This document shows, one piece after another, positions 8,723 to 16,800 of a stretch of 64,000 bases of DNA (the stretch's first letter is position 1; every line of letters starts with the position of its first letter). A program made the translations under genes and the position numbers. A model generated the notes under the pieces. The model made no database searches. It was not told the DNA's origin and saw only the letters and a program-made list of their open reading frames with translations. The DNA is taken from IMG/VR virus record IMGVR_UViG_3300028591_000100, positions 1 to 64,000 of that record. One strand, 5' to 3'. Origin of the DNA: a virus (taxonomy: Duplodnaviria; Caudoviricetes).

Positions 8723-9883
8723 ATGGAAAATATTATAGCAGTAGATGACATTTTTAGAAACACTGATGCAACTGAAGTTAAGATAAGTTTTAATGGTGAT
8801 AACCGAGACTATTTAGAAGCTTATGCAACTAAAGTAGCTAAGGCTTTTGTAAAATATTTAAATGGTTTAGGCTTTGTAAAAAAAGAAGAGCCTAATAACT
8901 GGACTTATGGCTTAATCAATCCTAAAGATAATGTTTATGCTAGAGTCACTTGCTTTTTTAGAGATGTAGAAATCAATTTCTGGATTGAAAAAGAATACGG
9001 TAGAAGTGAACAATATCTAGACAAGCTTAAGTTCTTAAAATACACTAACCATACTTTTAAATGGTGTTTAGATTACAAAGATAAAAACAACTTAAGCTTC
9101 AGTTCAAACGGCAAGGCTAGAGACCTTTATCAAGACGAAAAGTCCAAAGAACATATGACAAGCGAAGAGCTTATCATTAAGCGTTTTAGAGAAAAATGTT
9201 GGCATAAGCCTGAAGCTAAAATACCTAACTTTAGGCTTTCTATGTCAGATGGTTCTTCAGGTGAACCTCAATACAATATCAAAGACAGAGACGGCAAAGA
9301 GATACTAAACGGCCAGACCAAGTTCTTTAGATATAACGGTTACCTATGCAAAGGTAAAGCATACCACAATATCAATAACATGTGGTGGGTTATTGTCAAT
9401 GACAAGTTCTACACAAACGTTGCTTGCTTTGAATTATTTGATCCAACTGCAGAAGATTTAAAACATAAAAAGCTCAGTCGAAACGTTAAGCCTGCCGCTT
9501 ACTTCGATAAATTCAAAAACAAGTATCCTTTTGAATCTAGCGTAAAAACCTTCCTTTATAATAAAACAGATATTGCAAAGTTAGGTCGCGTATTCACTGA
9601 CTATTGTGAAAATTATTTATTCTTAAACAGGGTAAAAAAGAGAGTCCAAAATATGCCTGAAGAATATTATTGGATAGCTAAAGAAGAAAGTTCCAGAATC
9701 TTCTGCGAGTTAAAAATAAATGGTGAGCGCTTAGAAATTGTTTATCGTCGTCAAAACTATATCATAATTATGGTTAACGACGAGCGCATTCTCGAGATAG
9801 ATTCTCGCATCGTACACTGGGACAAAGAAAAGGTTCAGCAGTGCGTCGACAAATACAGAGCGTTATTCAAACTAATATTCTAA
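8723..9883 (+). CDS. hypothetical protein
   Basis: 386-aa ORF, GAGG RBS. Confidence 0.85.
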   Translation: MENIIAVDDIFRNTDATEVKISFNGDNRDYLEAYATKVAKAFVKYLNGLGFVKKEEPNNWTYGLINPKDNVYARVTCFFRDVEINFWIEKEYGRSEQYLDKLKFLKYTNHTFKWCLDYKDKNNLSFSSNGKARDLYQDEKSKEHMTSEELIIKRFREKCWHKPEAKIPNFRLSMSDGSSGEPQYNIKDRDGKEILNGQTKFFRYNGYLCKGKAYHNINNMWWVIVNDKFYTNVACFELFDPTAEDLKHKKLSRNVKPAAYFDKFKNKYPFESSVKTFLYNKTDIAKLGRVFTDYCENYLFLNRVKKRVQNMPEEYYWIAKEESSRIFCELKINGERLEIVYRRQNYIIIMVNDERILEIDSRIVHWDKEKVQQCVDKYRALFKLIF

Positions 9884-9896
9884 CCCATAAATCAAC

Positions 9897-9921
9897 AGAC
9901 CGTTCATTCGGTCTTTTTTTT
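9897..9921 (+). terminator. intrinsic terminator
   Basis: AGACCG-ttcatt-CGGTCT followed by a T run. Confidence 0.8.
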
Positions 9922-10260
9922 ATCCCCTTTTTTGTCGGTTTTTTCCGACTTGGCTCTTTCCGACAAAACGTTTACCTCGCAGGTCAACTTCGGCTCCAAC
10001 GGCTATACCCAGCTTCCTAAACAGTACCGTCTCCTTTTTTACCTGCCCAAGTAAATATTTGGATTTCCAGCTACAGCCGTCTCTGGTATACCTGTGGGTA
10101 AAACAGTACCGTCTTCTTTTTGGCCAGTTTCAGGCGATTTTACGAGGTTTTGCTGGAGGGAGGATAAATTACAGGGGGAGAAGGAACAGAGGGGGAGGAA
10201 GAGGCAGACAGGGAAATGTAGGTCGGGGAGTGACGACTGACACGGAAGCCTTATAGCTAA
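9922..10260. other. non-coding island A: pyrimidine-rich then purine-rich, with direct repeats
   Basis: AAACAGTACCGTCTYCTTTTT twice (about 10019-10040 and 10101-10121); G/A-rich run 10155-10230; no credible ORF. Confidence 0.6.
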
Positions 10261-10304
10261 CGGGGCTTTTCATAAAAGGTGTAAATTAGGTTTTATTACA
10301 CCTT

Positions 10305-11400
10305 TTCCGCTCTCATGAACCCTTCGGGGCAAATGGGGGAGTTAGCTCTCGGTGCTTGTAATAACAGGCATCTATGAAGCCACATTTGAAGGGCAATGCT
10401 GAGAGGAAGCCAAAACTCTCTAACACTGGTAGCAGCGCTCAAGAATGGGAAAGGGATATTACCTTAAGGTTCTACAACAGACTTTCAGCAACATCGAAAG
10501 TCAGAAATTAGAACTTTCTGGACACAATGATATCCTTGGTGAGGTATGTTGCGCTTTGATTCTGGCGCGTGTCAAATTTCTGACAGTTAAAAATAGGAAC
10601 AGGGCTATAAGTAAGATAGAATAAATCCCGATGCATTATTCATCTAATCCAAGATGTAGAAATGCACTTCTCTATCTCATATTTAAGAAATTTTAGGTGT
10701 GAGAGCTATAGAGGGGCGGCCAAACAGGAGCGGTCGTGACCTGGGAAATTGTGCTGGTTATTTTGATCACACAATTCACAATACAAGTAAGTAACATATA
10801 GTCTAGGATTTTAAGACTGTTACCACGATATATTGGAAAGGTGGCTTCGGCAGTGGACGAATATAGGGCCAGTGAGGTATATGAAACAAGAGAGTTCAAC
10901 AAACTTGCTGAGTATAGCCAATAACGTACAGCCCTCTGTGTTAAAAAATCGTTCCGTAACCCTAGTGACGTAACGACTGGGTTGAGTCGACATGACGGAT
11001 GACTCGTTAAAGCAGTTAAAGCTTAGGATGGAGTAATGTCCATCGTAATTAACACTCGGGGAAGGTTGAGAGGAGAACCTTCCGATAGCTATATTGCAAC
11101 ACAACAAGAGAAGTGAAAGTCTAGTCTTAGACAAGTAGCTAATCAGTTAGTGTTGACTGTCCAATGATAGCGGATGGCCTAGAGCAAGGCCTTGAGCCAA
11201 TAAGGTATTCGAGATGGGTGTAATGTGTACATCAGATGCCTTTGAGGAAGAAGATATAGACACAATAATGTGGCGTGGAACCATGAGTATAGCGATTATA
11301 CTCCGTTAGACCATATGGGAGCGCTTGATATATCAGCTTGGTGCTATTGGGAGCTAAGTGAGCCAAAAGAAGAGGGGGTGCGAATCCCCCGCTCCTATTC
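10305..11400 (+). ncRNA. candidate giant structured ncRNA (~1.1 kb; GOLLD/ROOL size class, family not established)
   Basis: No credible ORF; nested long-range helices 10342-10352/11347-11357 and 10428-10440/11319-11348; about 20 local hairpins with G-U pairs favouring the + strand; 3' GGGGG-tgcgaat-CCCCC T-loop-like hairpin. Confidence 0.7.
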
Positions 11401-11582
11401 TTTAACAGTTTGTAAGATAAAACTGATTGAAAGATAATTCGCCGAATCTTAGATAACACTATAAATATATAGCGGTTCTAAAGATGAATGGACGATGAAC
11501 TGCGTAAAATATTAGTTCTTAATATTTTTCAAAGTGAAGTGCCTAGGAAAAGAAGTCATTATAAATTTTATATTATTTAACT

Positions 11583-11612
11583 AAAGGGGGCCTTGCGCTC
11601 CCTTCTTATTTT
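11583..11612 (+). terminator. possible intrinsic terminator
   Basis: AAGGGGGC-cttgc-GCTCCCTT followed by cttatttt. Confidence 0.55.
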
Positions 11613-11687
11613 GTATTTATATAATACAGCTCTAAATAGAGCAAACATTAGAGGAGTAGAGCGTGGTAACATGGCTCTTTCCTAATA

Positions 11688-11730
11688 TGCCTCTAAGGGA
11701 CTAACGCTGGTTCGACTCCAGCAAGGGGCA
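11688..11730 (+). ncRNA. tRNA minihelix-like element (acceptor-like stem plus T-arm only)
   Basis: GCTGG-TTCGACT-CCAGC canonical T-arm; TGCCTCT/AGGGGCA closing stem; only about 10 nt where D and anticodon arms would be. Confidence 0.55.
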
Positions 11731-11752
11731 GAAAGATAAAAGGTGATTTATT

Positions 11753-12496
11753 ATGAAAAACATTTTCACATTAGAAAGTGGAGTAGTAACAACTACTCCT
11801 ACAACATCTGAGTTCTTTAATAAAATTAAAGAATTCTATCTAACTATTGTTGTTGGCAAAGACGGCAACAAATACGCTACTGTTGAATCAGTTGAAGACC
11901 CAACCAAATGTTGGTATTCTTCTGCTATTCAAGAATTCGTTGATAGCCATAATGGCTACATTAAAATCAAAACACACAATACTGTACTACAACTATGGTC
12001 TGACACCTATTGTAATAAAACTTACAATCTTATCAAACCTATATTAAACTGGAGAGAGTATAAGTGGACTTACTTCTTCAATGATAGTTTTGAAGCTATC
12101 ATGGATAGAAGAATAAAACTTAACTATGATCCAATAGTGAAGTATTTTCGTGTGTGGTGCTGCAATGATAAGAGCGAAATATATGATGTCGAATTTGGGG
12201 TAGACACCGCCGAAGAAGCTCATGAAGTTCTTCGCCTTCTTATAATGGCAGACATATTCTGCGATGAATGTGGTTGCAAACTTCAGGCTTGCGACCCCGA
12301 TTCCATGGACGACTATTATTATTGTATTACCTTAAAAAATGAAGAAAAGAATTTTACTTTTTCTTTATTTATTAAACGTGGTAGATTAAATATTACTTTT
12401 AATCAAGGTGCTACGTCTATAACAATTGACAAGAATCAAACAGTTGATGATGTAGTCGAGAGACTGCTTCGTTCAAATTTATTCCCTAAGCAATAA
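11753..12496 (+). CDS. hypothetical protein
   Basis: 247 aa, AAGGTG RBS, CxxC motif. Confidence 0.8.
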   Translation: MKNIFTLESGVVTTTPTTSEFFNKIKEFYLTIVVGKDGNKYATVESVEDPTKCWYSSAIQEFVDSHNGYIKIKTHNTVLQLWSDTYCNKTYNLIKPILNWREYKWTYFFNDSFEAIMDRRIKLNYDPIVKYFRVWCCNDKSEIYDVEFGVDTAEEAHEVLRLLIMADIFCDECGCKLQACDPDSMDDYYYCITLKNEEKNFTFSLFIKRGRLNITFNQGATSITIDKNQTVDDVVERLLRSNLFPKQ

Positions 12497-12510
12497 GGAG
12501 GAAAAATAAA

Positions 12511-13068
12511 ATGATGAATTTAATATTATGGCACGAAAGTGCTGAAAAATTTAGCAGTTTTGATTTTACAAAATTCCAAGGAAAGGTGAAAGACCCTTTC
12601 CATGGGGTTGGTTTTCAATTTTATAATCAGAAACCAACGCACAGTTTCTCTAAATATTTATACAAAGTAGAAGTAAAAGACTTTCATGGTATAGATGATG
12701 CTAAAATTGAATTCGATATATTAAAAAAAATAGACACCTTAACAAGAGAGTGTCTCCTAAAATGTCTAACCCCCGAAGAATATGATAGCTTTACCCTTGA
12801 TGGGTTCTTATTCTTCCTTCCTGCTGAACATGAGTGGGAATATAATACAGCAACACGACCAGAAAAAATGATTCGTTTATGGAACCATTGGTCTTTCTTT
12901 ATTATAACTTATTGTGATAACAATACAATACAAGAGTATTGTGATAAACTTGTTGCAATCACTGGAAAAGACGGATATTATTGTGAAGAGTATGGTTACT
13001 CTGTAATCTTTAATACCCATAAACTCCATATTATTAAAAAACTTCACTTGAAAGGAGGTGAAAGATAA
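12511..13068 (+). CDS. ADP-ribosyltransferase-like (ART-PolyVal-type) protein, divergent
   Basis: N-terminal LWHES..KFSSFDF...HGVGFQF...YLYKVEV and C-terminal GKDGY resemble the YHGT..FxxFD...GxGxYF...GxDG ART pattern. Confidence 0.5.
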   Translation: MMNLILWHESAEKFSSFDFTKFQGKVKDPFHGVGFQFYNQKPTHSFSKYLYKVEVKDFHGIDDAKIEFDILKKIDTLTRECLLKCLTPEEYDSFTLDGFLFFLPAEHEWEYNTATRPEKMIRLWNHWSFFIITYCDNNTIQEYCDKLVAITGKDGYYCEEYGYSVIFNTHKLHIIKKLHLKGGER

Positions 13069-13211
13069 TGAAGAAGGCTTATAATAAAATGTCTTTAATC
13101 GACATCGTTGGTAAAGACAAGGCTAAGGCTCGTTTTGACTCACACAAGTCTAAAGCGAAGGCTAAGGCTAAAGCTTTACAAAAAGAATCAAAATATAAAC
13201 TAACTTACTAG
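13068..13211 (+). CDS. 47-aa Lys/Ala-rich basic micropeptide (not in ORF track)
   Basis: AAAGGAGGTG RBS, TAATG coupling; MKKAYNKMSLIDIVGKDKAKARFDSHKSKAKAKAKALQKESKYKLTY. Confidence 0.7.
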   Translation: MKKAYNKMSLIDIVGKDKAKARFDSHKSKAKAKAKALQKESKYKLTY

Positions 13212-13228
13212 TTAGTTTTAAATAGCAC

Positions 13229-13312
13229 GTGCTTATTGAGCGAAACCCGCTGAGATAGCTTGGTTTGCACGTTGGTTGGTGGTTATCCAATTTAAAACCA
13301 CCTGCTCAGCAC
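13229..13312 (+). ncRNA. candidate structured leader RNA with pseudoknot
   Basis: GTGCT/AGCAC, GAGC/GCTC, AAACC/GGTTT, GGTGGTT/AACCACC stems; loop CCAA can pair with upstream TTGG. Confidence 0.45.
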
Positions 13313-13348
13313 ATATTAAAATTTTATGAACATAAGGAGGATATAAAA

Positions 13349-14323
13349 ATGATGTTCGAAGATATGAGTTTAGTAAATTTAGAAAATCTTGAAAATAAGG
13401 AAGGTAAAAAAACAATGGAAAAAACTATAAAATTAACTACAAAAAAATCAAATTTGGTAAAATTCGCTAAGATTCAATTCTTAGGAATTTTATTGATAGC
13501 TGCTGCTATGATTATAGTAGCTTTAATTATTAATAATAATAAAACAACAAATACTGTTACAATTGAAAAAGAAATAAAGGTTGTAGATCAAGCCGCAACA
13601 GAACAAGAGGCTCAAAAGTTGTTTGATGCTTATGTGGCAAATTATCAACCAGAAGTAATCGAAAAGACTGTTGAAGTCGAGAAGATTGTGGAGGTCGAAA
13701 AACCTGTTACAATTACTGAAACTGTCGAAGTCCCAGTAGAAGTTGAAAAAACAATCTACGTAGACAAACCTGTTGAAGTAGAAAAAGTTATTACCGTTGT
13801 TGACCAACAACAAGTTCAACAACTTGCTACAGAAATGGCTAATGCCATGTATATGGCTTACAAAGAAGCTTATACTGCTCAAGTTAATGAAGCCGCTACT
13901 CAAGCTGCTATTGATACAAAAACAGCAGAATTGCAAGCAGAATATACTCAGCTTATGAGTGAATACATTGCAAAAGCAGACGCCGAAAAGGTTGCTACAT
14001 TAGCAACTGAAATGGCAAATAATATGTTTGAACAATTCAAACAAGATTATGTTGTCGAATATGCAGAAGCACAAGAGGCAGCTAGAGTTGCTAATACTTC
14101 TGTTATAAGAGTATTGGTATATACACCAGAAAGTTATTTCTTCCTAGAGATAACAGGTTCATTACACGATGAACTAACATGGGATATCATTCTTGAAGCT
14201 TTACAAGCTGACGCTCGCTTTGATGGTCTAAAAATCAAGAAGATTGAACACAAAGATGCAGTAGAAACTTTTGTTGGACGCGATTTCGATTCAACAAGAG
14301 TTATCCATACTATATACAAATAA
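13349..14323 (+). CDS. single-pass membrane protein with PVEVEK repeats and internal helical repeats
   Basis: AAGGAGG RBS at about 13334 (alternative start 13415); TM FLGILLIAAAMIIVALII; VEKPV/VPVEVEK repeats; ATEMAN twice. Confidence 0.85.
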   Translation: MMFEDMSLVNLENLENKEGKKTMEKTIKLTTKKSNLVKFAKIQFLGILLIAAAMIIVALIINNNKTTNTVTIEKEIKVVDQAATEQEAQKLFDAYVANYQPEVIEKTVEVEKIVEVEKPVTITETVEVPVEVEKTIYVDKPVEVEKVITVVDQQQVQQLATEMANAMYMAYKEAYTAQVNEAATQAAIDTKTAELQAEYTQLMSEYIAKADAEKVATLATEMANNMFEQFKQDYVVEYAEAQEAARVANTSVIRVLVYTPESYFFLEITGSLHDELTWDIILEALQADARFDGLKIKKIEHKDAVETFVGRDFDSTRVIHTIYK

Positions 14324-14332
14324 GGTGATTAT

Positions 14333-14506
14333 ATGAATAAAATCTTGGGGTATGATATAGCTCTTACCAAAATTTATCCAGATGAAAAAGTGGCAAAAGG
14401 ACAGATAAATATGTTTGACCCCGTTGTGGTGGTTGAACGTGTTTCAGTGCCACAAAAAATAAATTTAGAAAGGCAGCCTATAAAGCCTATGACAGGAAAG
14501 TTGTAG
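14333..14506 (+). CDS. 57-aa small ORF whose stop codon lies inside RNA motif copy 1 (not in ORF track)
   Basis: AAGGTG RBS; MNKILGYDIALTKIYPDEK...PIKPMTGKL. Confidence 0.45.
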   Translation: MNKILGYDIALTKIYPDEKVAKGQINMFDPVVVVERVSVPQKINLERQPIKPMTGKL

Positions 14507-14558
14507 ACTAACAGTAGGAAAGAGAGGTGGCTTCGGTTGCCTCTCGCCTGGACTAAAT
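14463..14558 (+). ncRNA. three-way-junction RNA motif, copy 1
   Basis: GCAGCCTATAAA-stem-TAACAGTAGGAAAGAG-stem(cUUCGg loop)-CTCTCGC. Confidence 0.65.
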
Positions 14559-14565
14559 GTTGAAA

Positions 14566-14661
14566 GAAAGATATAAAGCAGCCTATAAAATCTATGGCGC
14601 ATGTCGTAGGTTAATAGTAGGAAAGAGGGATGGCTTTGTCGTCTCTCGCTTTGTATCTTTC
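14566..14661 (+). ncRNA. three-way-junction RNA motif, copy 2
   Basis: Same junction sequence, different stem sequences that still pair; 14-bp closing helix. Confidence 0.65.
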
Positions 14662-14951
14662 GTTGAGCATTTAGCTCAAGAAAGGAAGTGGTAATATGGC
14701 CACACAAGACGAAACACTCTTAGATGAGGACTCAGAATCTTTTTGTCACGCTGAATTCAATTTTACAGAGACAGCTATATCTTTAACTGGTGCCTGTAAG
14801 AGTTTAATGTTAGCAAGAGGATTTTTGGCATGCCACTACCGCGCGGCGGAGGTGGGTGCGATGAGCTAAAAACCAAAACAATTTCATAAGTAAAACAAAA
14901 ATCAAAAAATATTTAGCGTAGCAAGTGCCTACGCGGAAAGAGAGGAAAAAT

Positions 14952-15392
14952 ATGAAAACTTTAGAAACTATTTTAGAAAACTATGAGGGAATGGAGACAT
15001 TAGACGCACGTCTAGGTAGGCGTCTATGTCAATTTTTAACCATTGAACAAATGGCGAAAATTGGTTTCACTTTCCAAGATAAGGAAAGCGAACAAAATCA
15101 TAAGCCAATCGCTTGGACAGAGGAAAATGTCCTAAAGCAATTAAAAGAAGATTTAGAATTTGGTATTGAAAAGGCTACACATCACCGTGGTTTATCAGCA
15201 GGCATGATGTGGGAAGTCTGTCATGCGTGGTGTGAAGTATTGGAAAATGGTTTAGATAAAGAATTTGATCCACACAGCGATGCGGATTATGGTTATTATG
15301 GTGACAAGCTATTCAAAGCTATAGATAAAAAGTACAACTTTGGCTTAGTTAAACCAAACACTTTCAATAAAGAATTTTATCGAGAGTGGTAA
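14952..15392 (+). CDS. hypothetical phage protein
   Basis: GAGG RBS, start moved to 14952. Confidence 0.85.
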   Translation: MKTLETILENYEGMETLDARLGRRLCQFLTIEQMAKIGFTFQDKESEQNHKPIAWTEENVLKQLKEDLEFGIEKATHHRGLSAGMMWEVCHAWCEVLENGLDKEFDPHSDADYGYYGDKLFKAIDKKYNFGLVKPNTFNKEFYREW

Positions 15393-15436
15393 ATTCGAAA
15401 AGACTTATAAATTTACTGAAAAAATATTAGAGAAAG

Positions 15437-15991
15437 ATGAAGGAGAAGGAAAAAATGTTTAAAATAACAGAAAAAGATCAACAATTAAATCAATTATTAT
15501 TAGACACATTTATCGTCTATCGTGATGATAAACGTGCTGGTGATAATATCGGGGAGGGTGCCGAGGTGCGTCCATATGAAAATGGCGAACCATCTTGGGA
15601 TACCATCCACTCCAAACAATTAAAACATCTCTATTTAGTAATTTGGAATGATGCTCCAAGAGATACTAAATTAGAGGTGTTAGATAAGATAAAGAAAATG
15701 GCAAAGAAACATCCATTAAAATTATCAATCAGTGCTACTGCTGAGTATGTTCACGTTGTCATTGATATTGTGTCTGAAAAATATAATATAGAATCATGTC
15801 AAATTGATATAGAACATGATCATAACTCAAAAATCCTTTTCAAAGCCATCAGTATGATGACCGTAAAGGAGAAAAAAGATTTAAAATTTGTCTTACAATG
15901 TCAACAAAAGACAAATATGAGACAAAAGAAACAAGCAGCAGAGGCGTTGCAATTTATAAATAAATTTTTAAAGAAATTGGAGGAAAAGTAA
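15437..15991 (+). CDS. hypothetical protein
   Basis: ORF in co-oriented array; true start may be slightly downstream. Confidence 0.8.
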   Translation: MKEKEKMFKITEKDQQLNQLLLDTFIVYRDDKRAGDNIGEGAEVRPYENGEPSWDTIHSKQLKHLYLVIWNDAPRDTKLEVLDKIKKMAKKHPLKLSISATAEYVHVVIDIVSEKYNIESCQIDIEHDHNSKILFKAISMMTVKEKKDLKFVLQCQQKTNMRQKKQAAEALQFINKFLKKLEEK

Positions 15992-15992
15992 A

Positions 15993-16433
15993 ATGGAAAA
16001 AAATTTAGAATTTATTGAAAATTATGAGGAGTTAGCTGGTGCAATCATTGAGTCAGCAATCTCTGAATGGGTCGAAGCCCATTGGTGGCTTAAGCATCCG
16101 TTTGAATATAAAAAGACGCCACTAGAAGTAACAGAGCGTCATCACAGAACTAACATAATTCAAGCTGAAACATTCTTAAATTCAACACAATTTGAAGAAT
16201 ACACTAATTGTCATCCAACAGTTAGAGGATATGTCTTTGAACAAATGAATCATATCATCAACATACCAGAAAGGTATGCTATGGTTGAACAACCTGTGTT
16301 GGATAAAGAAACAAAAGAGCCTGTTTTGGATAAACACGGTCAACCAAAAACAAAAATCGTTAAGACCGATATGGTCTATGCAGGTATTAAAAAGCTTTCA
16401 GCTGATGTAATGAAAACAATAAGAAGGGGGTGA
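15993..16433 (+). CDS. hypothetical protein
   Basis: GGAGG RBS. Confidence 0.8.
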   Translation: MEKNLEFIENYEELAGAIIESAISEWVEAHWWLKHPFEYKKTPLEVTERHHRTNIIQAETFLNSTQFEEYTNCHPTVRGYVFEQMNHIINIPERYAMVEQPVLDKETKEPVLDKHGQPKTKIVKTDMVYAGIKKLSADVMKTIRRG

Positions 16434-16437
16434 TATA

Positions 16438-16785
16438 ATGACAGCTTTAGAAAAGAGCTTAGGAGAGGCTGTAAATAAGCTGTTTACAGCCGAACCACAA
16501 AAAGAGCCAAAGTTTGAAGTGGACAAAAATGTCTATAAGATTTGCTACTTTGGTACACCTAAAACAGGATATGACATTCAAATTATTGAGTATCGTATCA
16601 AATATCTAGGTAAAAATAAGTTTCTACCTTATGGGTTTGAACACATGACAAACCCAGAGCTGGACTTTTATAGCTGCTATGGTAGTTTTGAAGCTGCTAT
16701 GGAAGAGGTAAAACGTCGTCATGGTGAAACTGTAGAATTTAATTTTAACATTGCAAAAACTTTTTGCACAGTATACATACATTAA
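16438..16785 (+). CDS. hypothetical protein (paralog of 8421..8717)
   Basis: FGTPKTGYDIQIIEYRIKY...FLPYGF. Confidence 0.8.
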   Translation: MTALEKSLGEAVNKLFTAEPQKEPKFEVDKNVYKICYFGTPKTGYDIQIIEYRIKYLGKNKFLPYGFEHMTNPELDFYSCYGSFEAAMEEVKRRHGETVEFNFNIAKTFCTVYIH

Positions 16786-16800
16786 GGAAAGGAGTTATGT

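Noticed and set aside
10305-11400. Group II intron, group I intron, RNase P or tmRNA as the identity of the large RNA
   Set aside because: No interrupted gene or intron-encoded ORF, no recognisable domain V, no GAGGAAAGUCC RNase P core, and no tmRNA-type acceptor ends with a tag ORF. Only a covariance-model search can exclude these fully.
10059-11459. ORF-track entries 10059..10256, 10693..10902, 10820..11134 and 11232..11459
   Set aside because: No RBS, non-ATG starts, atypical composition; they overlap the skewed island or lie antisense to the structured RNA
14463-14740. CRISPR array or hammerhead ribozyme
   Set aside because: Only two units with no identical repeats and unique spacers, and no cas genes. 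GAAA elements are present but no CUGAUGA core in the right geometry.
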